A stretch of 64,000 nt of DNA, from positions 7,502,001-7,566,000 of the forward strand of contig CP075497.1 in NCBI GenBank assembly GCA_021613535.1, in the 5' to 3' direction. A model generated the notes under the pieces. That model did no database searches and was not told the DNA's origin. It was given only the letters and a program-made list of their open reading frames with translations. How positions within the stretch are numbered: the first letter of the stretch is position 1; each line of letters begins with the position of its first letter. The DNA comes from Adineta vaga. Lineage: Eukaryota > Animalia > Rotifera. Below, one piece after another: positions 1 to 13,082 of this stretch. Both the position numbers and the translations under genes were made by a program.

Positions 1-357
1 AGGATGTGGATGATGTTTAGAACGATAAGCAATACGTCCACACTTCACATTGATTTCATCTTTTTCTTGTATTATCTCTTCGTTTTATGAATCGCTTTCA
101 TATTGATCGACATGAACCATATTTATCTTTTTTACAGATCAGAAGTTATAAATATTTCATAAAAATAGACACGAAAAGAAAGCAAAGAAAACCTAGCACA
201 TATAAGTCATACAATAGTACACTTCAATTCATTGGATAATCCTGTAATATAACTAATTGAAAATTGATTTTATTTCCTGATCATAGAAAGTTTTTATCAT
301 CCTATTTATTTAATTATTGAATATTCATTCAATATACTAAAAACTCTTCAGATAGAA

Positions 358-490
358 GTAGGGGTTTGCGGTGTCAGTGACAGTAATGAAAAAACTGAAA
401 CTGTTGTACCGATACTGAAGGTCAGCGCACGCCGATAGCCACCGTCAGTGTTTCTCTGTTTTTCAGTGTCCACTGACACCCACAGCTCTG
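358..490. mobile_element. MITE-like imperfect palindrome (non-autonomous DNA transposon remnant)
   Basis: ggtgtcagtg (370-379) is the exact reverse complement of cactgacacc (471-480), with imperfect pairing continuing inward. It is a GC-richer, non-coding patch in AT-rich DNA. Confidence 0.5.
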
Positions 491-692
491 GAACACCGAT
501 TAGTTTTCTACACTGATCCATAGTGATGCATTGATACTCTCAGTGCACTGAAAATATCAACGCGCTGATCTCACCGATACTTTCATGCTGATATTTATTC
601 TTTGTATTTCGTAAGCGGAACCTCATGACATCTTCTCTAAGAAATATTAGAATATATTGAAGAACTTCATTAATTGAGAGACAGTGTAAATT

Positions 693-765
693 TGGGTGGG
701 TATGGGTTACTTTTCTTCATCCACACACGCACACCCTCTTCCTCAACCACACATACGCACACACT
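693..765. repeat. GGGTG/CACCC-rich hairpin repeat fragment (copy A)
   Basis: gggtgggtatgggt...ccacacacgcacaccc; resembles 1131-1185 and 4293-4352. Confidence 0.4.
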
Positions 766-1130
766 AGTGAACTGCGTCGCAGATATTTTTGACTCCAACT
801 ACATGAAAATAAAAATCGGAATTCTAGCTAAAACTGCAGAAAACTCCAATTGTTTCTAGATAGATTAAAGATATGTTCATCATTGTCGGATTTGAAATGG
901 TTTATGCTAAGATGAGTTAATGTTTAACAGTGTCCCTTATATGATTAAAAGAACTCTTTTTTGGTTGTTATAAAGCGGATCATTTATTTAAAAATTTCTG
1001 ATCTCCCTTTTTACCAAAAGATGAGGGAAAACCTAGATGCTAGAGGTTATTTTTCTCTTTCGCCACCATGTGTTAGATAAAGATTAGAAAGAACGAAAAA
1101 ACAATCAAAGAACATCATATGTATCTTGTT

Positions 1131-1185
1131 GGTGTAGGTACGGTGCGAAAAGTTTTTGACACCCGCATCCACCCACACACCTACC
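1131..1185. repeat. GGGTG/CACCC-rich hairpin repeat fragment (copy B)
   Basis: ggtgtaggtacggtgcgaaaa...tttttgacacccgcatccacccacacacc, an imperfect inverted repeat. Confidence 0.4.
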
Positions 1186-1711
1186 TTCAAGATATGCTAT
1201 ATTGTGTGGTACCCATAAGTTCTCAGTAACAGTAGTATTTTCCTCGACTCCGTACATGGGCCTAACTGATGAGCCAGTACTGATTTATCGTAACATGTTT
1301 ACATATCTTTACAATTTGCATGTTTCCTTTCACACTTTTTGCAGTACACATAACGTTCGGATAAAATCCGAAGTTTCCGCATTTTTTTAATTGATGAAAT
1401 AGAATTGTTACTCTTTGGAATAATATTTGTTTGTATTTATTACTAACATAACTCCCGAGCTACTCCGAAAATTTTCCTAATTTTCTTTCCAACTCTAACG
1501 GCATGGAGTTGGAGTTGAAGCTTGGAGTCCAATACAGCTCACTACTTTTTCCTATCAGATGTTCACCTCTGATCCAAATTCTGAGAAAAAAAATTTCAGT
1601 GCTATCACAAAACGATTTAATATTATGAACGAAATTTATTTTTTGTACCAACTTTATTTCGTAGAATTGAGATATACAAATTGTTAAATAGAAATAAAAA
1701 TGTTTATCGTG

Positions 1712-3394
1712 TTATAATAAGGGAAAATATTCATGAAATTGTTTTGGACATACAAAAGGCTCTTCTATCAAAAGTTGTTTCAATTGAGCACAAGTTTGAC
1801 GAGATGCATCATTAGTAAAATTATTTGTTACGTTTGCTAGTGATTCATATTTAACTTCAAGAATTGACAAACGAGGTGAACAAATTCTTTCCATTAAAAG
1901 AAATTGTTCAACATAATCAACATGCGCTTCATTAAGAGAAAGTTCTTCTAAATAATGAAATGTAACAACAACATATGAATGCTTTTTCTTTTCTTGACTT
2001 TCTCTATTCAATACAGTTAGTTTACGTAGGAAAGGAAAATCTTGTGAAATAATTTTGAATAAATTATATTCAAACGGTTCTGTATCAAACATAAGTAAAC
2101 ATTGAACTTTATCAAACCTATCACTTGAATAAGCATTAGATAGATTAAGATATTGTTTGAAATGATATGGAAGTGAATAAATACGACATTCACCTTTCAT
2201 CATTGCTGGAAGTGTATGAACATAAGAACCAACTTTTTGTTTATATTTTCCAATAAAACTATCTTGAATTTCATTATTCGATGCAAGATAAATATTTCTA
2301 TTGGGATTATCAATAAAAGTAGTTATACTAAATGTAAATCGATTTAAGCGAGACATGTGTTTAAAAATATTATCATATAAATCATTTCCATCAATATAAC
2401 TTGATTCATATCTAATGACCGAAACAAATAATATTAGTTCTTCTAGATTCAACATTCGCTGAAGTAATGGAACAATTTGATTATCATACAAAAACGTAGG
2501 AAGATAAGACTCCAATGAAAAACATTTAAGTTTAGGGATTTGTTTCTATAAAGAAAAAGAAAGAATTATATTAGAAATGGCAACAAAAGTTATTTACCAT
2601 GTTGCTTATATTTGATGAAAAAGTGAACATACTCAGCACATGAATAATTAATGTTGATAAACATGGAAGACACCCATCAAGAAGATAAAGACAGTCTTCA
2701 AACGTATTAACATATATTGTTAACTTAATTAAACTTGTCGATAAACAATTCGTTAATGAATGATCAGAGATTGAAGTTGCTAAACTCCGATCATTGAAAA
2801 ATTGATTGAAATACAATTCCTTCAAATGTTTACATGAAGATAATATCGTCGGAAATATATCTAATTCCGAAGATACCTCATCATAAGTTTCAATTTGAAG
2901 ATTTTTAATTTGATTTATAAACAAATGACGAATCTTTATATACTTATCATCTGAAATAGTTTTTTAAAATTAACAAACAATTTCAAAAAATTGAAAAATT
3001 TACCTGTAAAATATAATAATAATGTTTCTTGATGAAAGTTAACGAATGATAAACAATCAAGATTTGGGTATTCAATCTCAGAAAGTATACGTACTGCCGT
3101 ATTTGGTTCAAGAGTTAGTTTCTTTACTTGATCATTAATTTTGGGTAAAATTTTCTCACAAATTTTATTAAGAATTTGATCTTCTATTGGACAAATAATA
3201 TTTTGCATTAACTCTCTGGTAAAATTCAGATCGTGAACGTACAGAGGATCCATAATTACAGTATCCATATATTGATTAACATCTGTCATTGAATAGAATA
3301 CATCAATTTTATTCAACTTGTTGAATATGGCCATTAACATTTCATGTGGTAAATCAAATATACTAATTTTGTTTTTAGTAATAAATTCTGTCAT
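1712..3394 (-). CDS. F-box domain / LRR-like protein of the expanded bdelloid family; 3 exons (3394-3004, 2950-2598, 2545-1712)
   Basis: N-terminal F-box (IFDLPHEMLMAIFNKL), LRR-like segments (FPFLRKLTV, LEELSL) and a C-terminal FHEYFPLL. Three ORFs join in frame across 53-nt and 52-nt GT-AG introns. Confidence 0.85.
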
Positions 3395-4202
3395 GATTAG
3401 AACTATATTTAATTCTCTTGTAGTTGACAGATTGATAACACTGATATATATATGATTGTGCCAGACAGAGAGAAGAACTGAATTGAATTAAAGTTAAACT
3501 GAGACTTTCAATTGGGCCATTGTCGTCATGCTTTATCTTAAATCATCTTATTTAGACGATTTATTCGTTAATTCTATTTTTTGCTTTTCTGTGTGTTTCA
3601 CCTATCATTGTTTTCAGTCCGATCATTATTTTTTTGTAAATAATGACCGTTATGCATATCCAATGAGATCAGGCGTGAAACTGACAGAAGAAGTGAAGTG
3701 ACGTTAAAGTCGAATTAAGCAATATGATTAGTGTTTGTATATAGCAACGTGAATTGTATTGTTTGGTTCAGTTTGAATTTTTTTTTGTATGTATATTGGA
3801 CCATATGAAACATGTACAAAAATTTGTTTCGTAAACAAACAATATTATTCATCTGCTTTTCTTGTATAAGAAAAATTGGAGTCACACCAAAAAATTAATC
3901 AGTTTGAGATTAAATGAAACAACGTGATTGACGTTTCATAGTAACAGTGACTACCATATTGGTTAGTTCAGTGTTAACTTGTTTCATTCTCTCAATGTAA
4001 TTTCGATCTGATACAAATCATATATATCTTACAAATTTTTTTTTCAAAATAAACTACTAAGATTACGGTTAATGCCAGTATAAATAGACTGTCTATTGCT
4101 ATTCCTGAGGATAAGTACACAGGTAGGCCAGCACAAGAGTTGTAAGTGTGCCAATAAAAAAGTTTTCTGTAGGTATCAGAGCTCCGCGGAACAGCTAAAA
4201 AG

Positions 4203-4352
4203 TCGTCCCGTCCCATCCCGCTTTAGCTTCGATTGAGAGTCCCATCCCGTCCCACTTCATTTTAAACTTTCTTCTTCAATTTAAATAATTTAGGATGGGT
4301 GCGGGTGGGTGAAAAGAAGAGTATTACCCTCACCCACACCCACACCCACCCC
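4203..4352. repeat. Adjacent MITE-like fragments: gtcccatccc repeats and GGGTG/CACCC hairpin (copy C) with a CCCTCA-(CCCACA)2-CCCACC run
   Basis: gtcccatcccg occurs twice within 4203-4255; ggatgggtgcgggtgggtg...cacccacacccacacccaccc at 4293-4352. Confidence 0.45.
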
Positions 4353-5399
4353 TTATTTGTTTGCCGAATTGCAGTCCAAAGAGACAGTATTTTTATCGTA
4401 AGTGTCACGTCCAAACAAATTTTCTCTTTGAGCTAGCAATCAATACAAATGAGATTACTCAGTAAGATGTAAGTATATGGTTCCATCGATGACAGGCTTT
4501 TATTAATTAAAAATGTTCTAACCTCAACAATTATATAACTGATGTTTCACTAGGTAATAGTATTTGAACTCGTCTTCAGTCATTATCATTTCCTTCAATA
4601 ACTAATGATAACCTATCTTTTAATGAACAATTGGTTTTCCCAACCAAAAGTTATAATACTGATTGATTACGTAAGGATTTTATTAAGACTTCCGTTTTTA
4701 ATCTGGACTATAACTGACTAAATTCCAGAGTGAGAATGAGATTAGATTTGGAATCAGAATTTGCATAAGGGTTGTGATTGCAGAGATAATACATTTAGGT
4801 CTTCATTCTGTATCTTATTTTTTATCTTATGGGATGCTTCTTGCTTTCTAGCTAGAATACATATCAAAAGATATCAATTTGTAACATTCAGATTTCACTG
4901 ATTTACATAAAAACATTTTCCATTTAAGAATTCTATTGGATTCCTAGATTCCATAGAATTGCGTTGTTTTCCCTTCGTATCTTATACCATCTATTTATCT
5001 TCTGAAGAAATTTCACGAAACAGTTGATCAACGGATTTTTTCCTCTTCTGTCCATGTTCTGTTTTATCATATGTATATAGATAACAAAGAAAGTGTCATT
5101 AAAGTGTAGTTGTACCTTCACGATTCTAAGAGATGAAACGTTATTTTAATTGTTTTACTATCAAACTACACGTTTATTGAAGCGCCATCGATCATGTGAC
5201 CCTGACTTAATTCCAAAAATTGATACATAGTTTTGATAAAAATTTATTAAGAAACATTTCTACAGTATTTTTTTCAAGCCTGTTAGAAAATTCAGATGCC
5301 GCCACTCGTAGTGCATTCACCAATGAATGACGCTTCTATCTATCTCTGTTTTTCATCAGATCGCGTCTCGCGTCCTACGAAGAAACAGTTCCAATTAAA

Positions 5400-8368
5400 A
5401 TGTCAACGAAAAAGAAACGTTTGTATAAACCCAATGATCCAACCAGTAGTTCTCATTCATCATTATCAGGTGATGAGATTGAAAAACAAACATCACAAAC
5501 AAAAAAACAGAAGATAACTGAAAGTATGTTGATCTAAAAATGTTCATACAGAAAAAGTCTTCTTATTTTAAAAGGAGGAAATGTTTTTCACAAACTTTGA
5601 ACATGTTTTAAATTAAATTTCGAGACTCGACTAAAACGGAGAGATTTTTCGAAATTTTATTCATAGACATTATATTATTTCCCACTAGCTCTGCTTCAAT
5701 GCTTTCACTTCTCTATAGGCTATATATTCGACGAAATCATTCGTTAAGGTAAGAGATCTAATATCGTTTTTTTCTCTTCTTTTCTTCTCTATTGCTGTTG
5801 ATGACTTGATGTAATCTTTTATTTTCTTGTTTTGGTCGCTAATATCACTGCTATGGCAGCTCAGCTCCTTGCTTTTTTAACGCATGTTAAGCCAAAATCA
5901 TCTTAAACACATACACACACCTATATATACACGCGAGCGCGCAATTTTGTATTTCATCATGTTGTTCAATCTAAACTCTAACTAATATCGTATCTTTTTA
6001 ACAAAATTTTCATATGAATTTTCATTTTCTTAGACGAAACAACTCAATCTGTGACAACAGATGGAAATACAACATCAGAAGTAAACAAAGTAGAAGAACC
6101 TGTTGCATCAACAACTAATGAAAAGAAAGTAGATGAACAAAAGAATGATCGTAATCATCATTCTCGATCAACATCTGCATCATCATCAAAACATAGAAAA
6201 CATAGTAGTCATCGACGACATCGCCATCATCGTCGTCACTCGTCTTCATCAAGTTCACGTTCTTCCTATTCAAGTACATCATCTGATAGTTCTCGTTCAT
6301 CCTCCAGTCGGTCACGTCGAAGAAGACGACGTCGACGATCACGTATGTATTTTATTTGATATTTCAAATCATTCTTCTCATCATTCTAATTTTAGGTTCG
6401 TCTCGTTCATCTTCACGTTCATCTTCTAGTTCAAGTGATAATCGTTCACGTCATAGTAGTCGAAGTAGTCGTCGCTCATCACGTTCGTATTCTCGGCGTC
6501 GTTCGTCCAGTTCGCGAAGTTCTCGATCATCCACATCTTCGCGTAGTTCACATAGTCGATCGAGATCTCGAAATCATTATCGAAAATCAACACGACGTTC
6601 CAATAATAGTCATCAGCAGCAGTCAAATAATAATGGGAAAGGACGAGGCGGTGGATCACGTCGTGGTCGAGGAGCTCGAAATGGTCCACGTGGCCGTCGT
6701 GCACCATCAAATGAAAATCAACGTCGATCATCTCCAACGAATCGTAATGGAAATAAGTTTAATCCTACGTTGAGTGGTGGTGGTGGCAATGGTAATGGTG
6801 TTCGTAAACTACCAAATAATAAACAACCACGAGTACTTATTGCTGCAACACCTAAACTTCCAAGTACTGAAGAAAACCTCAATGAAATAGCAGCCACATC
6901 AACTACGACAACAGTAGAAATGGATGAAATTAAAACAGAACCAATTATTTTAACAACAAATCAAAATCAGCAACGTCTAGTTGGACAGAAGAAAAATGCA
7001 AAAGGGAAAAATAAACAACAAACACCTGCATATTCATTAAAAAAAGAGGAAATTGACGGCATGGATCAGGATAGCGGTGAGCCAATCATTGGACCAAAGC
7101 TACCACCAGAATTTGAGGTAACTTGATCGATCGATCGATCAATCAAAAAAAAACTAAATTGGTTTTGATTTACTCATAAATTTGTTTTTAGAAAAAAATT
7201 AGTAAAGATCATTCGTTTACTCCACCTGATATGGATGACCCAGAGAATCTTGAAATGCTCAATGATTTAAAAGTAGGATCTGTTCATTGTCAGATGGTGA
7301 AGTTGTTCATATATTTCTTATTTTAGTATCGTGCTGAAATTCATGCCGCTAAAAATCATGGTTTAATCACGGAAATTCAAGCTCAACAGTTGATTGAAGA
7401 ACGTGAAACTCAGAAACAATTAGTAGATTTTCCACTTATTCAAATGCCTATTATGTCCACGCCAACTATCTCTGTAAGAATGATATAGAAATCTAGCTAT
7501 TGTTATTTATTTCAAATTTGTTTTTGCTTTTTCAGTCAATGCCCTCATTTATTGTTGCCACACCAAATCCCATGATCGCTAATTATCATCATTTTCAAGT
7601 AACATCGAATGTTGCTCCACAAATAGTACCTAATCCTGAAACGTCTCCTATTACAGTTGACCAACAACAACAACAACAACAGCAGCAGCAACTACAATCT
7701 CATGCTTCTGTGTCACCGAATTCTGCAGCATCGAGTGGCGGTGAAAGTTGTTCGACGCCTGGACAAACAACACCAAATGGAACAACTACTGTTCTAACAC
7801 AAGATGGACAACAAATGATGATTCAAGCAACAACAAATGCCAATCCCCAATTAGTACAAATTGCTCAACCACAACAACAGTTGTATATGCCTATGCAAAG
7901 TGCTATTCAACAACCACGAATTGTTGCTGTACGAACACCTCAAGGTAAAAAGAAATGTGCTCATAGTAATACCATTGTTTCTTATTTCTTCTTCTTCTTC
8001 TTCTTCTTCTTGTTATTTTAGGTGGTCTTCAACATTTTATTGAATATCCAACTGCTCAATTGTTACAAGCACAACAACAACAACAACAACAACAACCTCA
8101 ATTTATTCAACATAATGGTCAACTTGTTCAAGTCATTCGACCACAAGTCGCCTATTCGACTCCAACGTTAATGCAACAATTACAATTGCAGCAGCAACAA
8201 CAACAACAACAGCAAGCACTAGCTGCTCAATTTCAAGCTCAACAATTAGCTGCCATGCAACAAACAGGTGGTGCTATATTTCTTCAAAACTCATCTGGAC
8301 AAATTGTACTCGCTCAACAGAATCCACAAGCGATGCGTGTTGTGCAAATCCCTTATGTACCTAAATGA
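5400..8368 (+). CDS. Arg/Ser-rich, Gln-rich low-complexity protein (putative nuclear/splicing-related); 7 exons
   Basis: Exons at about 5400-5523, 6034-6342, 6396-7117, 7192-7272, 7327-7473, 7536-7944 and 8022-8368 join in frame at GT-AG sites. Contains RS tracts, an RGG segment, an IGPKLPP motif and a polyQ C-terminus. Confidence 0.75.
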
Positions 8369-8898
8369 CAAAACCAATAGAACCAACGGGACTGTGATAA
8401 ACATCCCATTCTTTAAACAAAACAAAAATATACTATACTAGACATGCTTTTGCTTTGTTTTAGTCATCATGTGTATACTTATTTATTCTTTCTTTCTTTC
8501 TCTCTTTCATTGATTCTATGTGTTGCGAGCCGTTTCCGGTGATAGAAAACTGCATGTATGATTAGTTTATTCCATCAAATGATTTCGAAGATCATACATC
8601 TTACAGATTTGGCTGCTAACTCCTGTATGTGATTCAAAAGAAAAGAAAAGTAGACAAAAGAAAACAAAAACATTAATTCAATTCTATTGCTAGTTCTTTG
8701 TAAGATATTATTCGATTCATTTCTTTCTTAAATGTCTATGCTTTTCTTTTGTCTTCTTCTTCTTCTTCTACTTCTCTCTGTTTTTGTTCTCTTCAAATCG
8801 TGTATCTGCATTGTTGTTTTTCTTTGTCTATCTATTTTTTTTGCATACAAATAAACTAGATAAAACACATCTTTACAAAACATCCATCTTTCTTCTAG

Positions 8899-9764
8899 AT
8901 GAATTTCGATAATGATTTTCAACAAACACATGAACCAAGAGGATGCATCTTTGTAATCATTACAATATTAGCAAGATGTGCTGGATTCATTACATCTATT
9001 GGTTTGTTATGGATATTTTTAATGAAAGATATCAGAATTCCCACATATATTAAGGCCTAGGAATTGTTGTATATTTGGAATGGTTAGGAATAGATTCCCT
9101 AAGTTCTCGTACTTACATGACGTAAGTCATTTGATTGATGAGTAAAGTCAGCAATGTTTGTTCTCATAGAATTATAACAATGATTGTTATTTACTTGGAA
9201 CTTCTTTGGATATTTGATAAGTTCATTACATGTTGTCTATGTTGTTTTCGGTAAAGAGATAGCCTATTCAGAAAAAGGGCAATGGCAAAAGAGAAATGAA
9301 TATTAATTATTAATTATGGGTGATGGTTGTTTATCGGAATATCTCTTTCTCTTTCTGTATGTTTTGATGGTTATATATTTCTATATGTTTCTTTTTCGTT
9401 CTTTTCCTATGAATTTAGAAGTGAAACATGTTTCTATTGGATATGTTGTATTTGTATTGACAACTGGATCAAGTCCATCATTTACATTAGTCTATCGATT
9501 CCATTCTTTGTCCCAAGATGGTTTCTATCAAAATGTCGAATGGATACGAATATTGTTGGTAAGTATGAATCGTTATTTAAGCTACATTCTCATGATGAAA
9601 TATGGTGTTTAGGTATTCTTTTGATAAGCACTGGTTTGTTATATTTCATTAAAACATTCAAATACAAAAGGATCTCTGTCGATGAGAAAAAAGACGAGAC
9701 AACGATCGCTGGTAATTCATCAACTTCAACCGAAACATCAACAACAGAAATCGATGAAACATGA
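8899..9764 (+). CDS. Multi-pass membrane protein, TMEM72-like; 5 exons
   Basis: Spliced product has several hydrophobic segments (ARCAGFITSIG, IVIYLELLW, KSIIYISLSIPFF, GILLISTGLLYFIK) followed by a basic tail, as remembered for TMEM72. Confidence 0.55.
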
Positions 9765-9899
9765 ATGAATCAAGATGCATATCTGCAATCATAACTAACT
9801 ATAAGAGGAAATAAAGCTAGGGTTATGGTTTTGATTTTGAATTTCTCCTTCTCTACAAACAAAAAAAAAAACCAATCTATTAAACAATGTCATTTTCAG

Positions 9900-10418
9900 A
9901 TGTCACTATTTCGATTAACATCTTTACGTTGCTTCCAACCGACATTTATTCGTACGACTAAGACAAATGCTAAAGATGCAAAAAGCACTTCTTCAAAAGA
10001 TTCAACTGAATCATTTGTAGGCAATGAACCAGTTGATGATGGTGATCAAGTCGAAGCACCAGAAACAACAGGCCGTGAACGATCATTAAATCGTGTTCAA
10101 TTGATTGGTCGTGTTGGTGCTGATCCAAAAATTGGCGGAACTCAACGTCATAAGGTGGTTACATTTAATGTTGCCACGAATGAATATGCAGGTACAAATA
10201 CAGAAAATGGTGAAGTCAAACAACGTGTTGATTGGCACCGAATTGCTGTTTTCCAACCACGTTTATTAGATAATGCTGAAAAATATATTCGTCAAGGTGA
10301 TCGAGTTTATGTTCAAGGTCGTCTTCATCATAATATGATTCGTGATAAGAAAACTGGTTTAGATCGTTATGTTACTAGTATTATTGCCGATGATATGATC
10401 TTTCTCAATAAGAAATAG
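9900..10418 (+). CDS. SSBP1: Mitochondrial single-stranded DNA-binding protein
   Basis: SSB OB-fold motifs ERSLNRVQLIGRVGADP, VDWHRIAVF and GDRVYVQGRL; Arg/Ser-rich N-terminal presequence MSLFRLTSLRCF. The ATG directly follows tttcag. Confidence 0.92.
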   Translation: MSLFRLTSLRCFQPTFIRTTKTNAKDAKSTSSKDSTESFVGNEPVDDGDQVEAPETTGRERSLNRVQLIGRVGADPKIGGTQRHKVVTFNVATNEYAGTNTENGEVKQRVDWHRIAVFQPRLLDNAEKYIRQGDRVYVQGRLHHNMIRDKKTGLDRYVTSIIADDMIFLNKK

Positions 10419-10555
10419 TTTATTTCGTTTTCGTTCTTTTTCTTTTGTTATTCAGATAATAGTAAAACCATGATATTCATCCAGTGCCTTTTTTGTGTTT
10501 TGTAAAGAAATAAAGAAACAAGTTAGATATTTCTATTTGAAGATTTCACTTTGAT

Positions 10556-11644
10556 ATGATTGATCTAGCAGAAGTTCTACCGATTGTATGTGTTATTTTT
10601 GGATTTGTTGCAATGGTTCTTGTTGCCAGGTATTTCAATTTTATTGAATGTTTGTCTTCTATCGATTCTTTCGTCTTCTTGTTTTCATATACCGACGCGA
10701 TTTATTCACAGAGACTGAAACGACTATACCAATACCTCAAAGAGCACAAAATATACCAGTCAATTGTGTTGACAGTCCATATAGAATTCAAATTCAAGAA
10801 GGACAATCAACATTGAAAGGTAGAGATGCGTTGATCGAACATTGAGTGACAGTTTCATTCTGTTTTAGATGGAGTTTCAATTCGATTACATACAGATATT
10901 CGATGTCAATTACGTGCATTTTGGTTTGTAAATATTCAACGTTTTTATGTAGAATTAGATTCTATTGATTTTCGAATGGCTCTATCGGAAGATCGCTTTT
11001 TACAAGATCATTCTATTCATCAACAAACAATCAAGTAAATGACTTCGAAATAAATGTTTTAGATCATGTTTCAGTTTATGTTTTTAGTTTTGATACACCG
11101 GGTGATTATGTTCAACGAATAGAATTTTCTGATGCTGATAATTATGTAATAAAAAACAATCAAATACGTCGAGATTATCCACTTGTACTTATTCTTCATA
11201 GTTTTATTGATGAAAATTCGAATGAATTCTTTCGATTGGTAATTCATTGACTATTTGTAAAAAGCAAACTTTCCAAAACATCAATGCTTGTGCATATTTT
11301 AGCCTATTCAAATTGCAACTTTACACATCAAATCATCAATACCAACTGATCCTCCAACAAGATTTCTTGGAAGAATTTCTAAACTTGCTAATGGACAATC
11401 CTTAGTGATACAAGTGAGTTTGAAGATTGTATGTTCCAATCTAAACAAATATAATTGTTTTTCCTAGGATATCTATACACCAGGTGCATTTACATCTGAA
11501 GACACGTGTGCCATATGTTTAACTGAACGTGTTAGCTATGTTTTGTTACCTTGTAAACATGCATGTTTGTGTCGCAACTGTTTTCATCTTACTGAAAAAT
11601 GTCCGATATGTAGTATTCGTGTTGTATCTTATTTTCAAATATGA
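10556..11644 (+). CDS. CGRRF1: N-terminal TM + C-terminal C3HC4 RING E3 ligase, CGRRF1-like; multi-exon
   Basis: TM helix in exon 1; the last exon encodes CAICLTERVSYVLLPCKHACLCRNCFHLTEKCPIC; stop TGA at 11642-11644. Confidence 0.65.
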
Positions 11645-12159
11645 GTCTATTGAAGAAAGTGTGTCTGTCTGTATGGAAAATATAAGTTGTTGTAGGAGAC
11701 ATTGTTTCCGAGTGATGAAAATTTGATTTTGTTCTATTTGAACAAGTTCTACTTATCTCATTAATAGAAAGTTGATTAAAAAGTGCTTTGTGATGAACTT
11801 TTATTTGGGTGCATTTATGTATTTATCAAATAAAGACTATTTCAAGTGTAGGAAGAAAAGAGAAAATCTCAATTATGTCAAAGTCAAATATACGTGTCGA
11901 TAGACACTTGATGAAATCTGAGTGGGAGCACTGATAAAAGTTATTTCAGCTATTGAATTGGTTTTTCATTATTTTCAACGATAACTAATTTGAAAATTGA
12001 TTGATAGAAATATTATTAATCTAAATGCGTAGGCTTTGAGTTTTTTCGCTCTCTCTCTCTCTCTTTCTCTCCTCCATTATTGACTTTTAAACGATGATGA
12101 TAATAAAAGAGAAGATTTATTCATTCAGTTCATAATTACACATCTCTAGTTTACGATTT

Positions 12160-12197
12160 AATCATATTTCCATCAAATCATATTTCCATCAAATCAT
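12160..12197. repeat. 16-bp tandem duplication (aatcatatttccatca x2.4)
   Basis: Read directly from the sequence. Confidence 0.7.
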
Positions 12198-13082
12198 TCT
12201 TCAATATGCGTGGATATTCTTGCTTAGTACTTTCCTTTTTCGTCGCATTACTTGTTCTGTTTAGTATGTTATTAAGTTAATGAAACTTACACGAATGATC
12301 AAATTACTTTTTTTTTCAAGGTTTTGTACAATGTCGTAATGTTTATACGCAAACAATTGACCGTGATAGAAGATCATTAAATAATGTTCGTTATAAAAAT
12401 CTCTGTATGTTTCGAACAAATCGTCTATGTGATTGTAAGTTTTATTTATTTTGATGTTTGAAATTCATTCGTTTGATTGATTTTAGATTTACATGAATTG
12501 ACATCGAAAGAATCAGAGTAAATAAAAAACACGAAAATTTGTTTTTGATAAATATTTTCTTTTAGAAATGAACAACAAATATGGAAACGTCGTACGAGCA
12601 ATTTCTTCAGTAATTGGTAGAATTTCATATCATCGTTATTAATTTATCATTAACGATGTATCTCTATGTACTGAATAAAATTTGAATCAAGGAGAATGTC
12701 ATGCATGGAAACAAATCTGATATTATTTAATAAACTAATACTTCATTGCATTCGATTTGTTTTGTCTCTTTCACTCTCTCGTTTTGTTTGCTTTTCTCTG
12801 TCTCTCTCCCTCAAGAAGATTTTCTTTAAATCATTAACAAACTTTCTAGACACATTTTGAATATATTCAGTACTTGATAAATTTATCGTTTTTGAATATA
12901 TATATACTCATCAATCATCGTCCTTTGATGGCCATAATTGAGAAAAAAAATGTGTAGAAATAATGTCCTTCGTATATAATCAATAATATCAATCAGATTG
13001 ATTGATATGACAACTTCACTAAAGAACGCAAAACGACGTTGTGTTGCTGTTTCTATAGATTGATATATTTCCTTTTAAACGA

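Noticed and set aside
6115-6773. Overlapping and antisense ORFs across the RS-rich exons
   Set aside because: Shadow frames of low-complexity coding sequence.
7986-8011. (TTC)n and similar microsatellites, e.g. (GAA)n near 45872 and (GA)n near 17210
   Set aside because: Ordinary intronic polypyrimidine or simple repeats.
9825-9899. Upstream in-frame ATG extending the SSB ORF
   Set aside because: The extension is A/T-run intergenic sequence ending in a tttcag acceptor; ATG 9900 gives a proper mitochondrial presequence.
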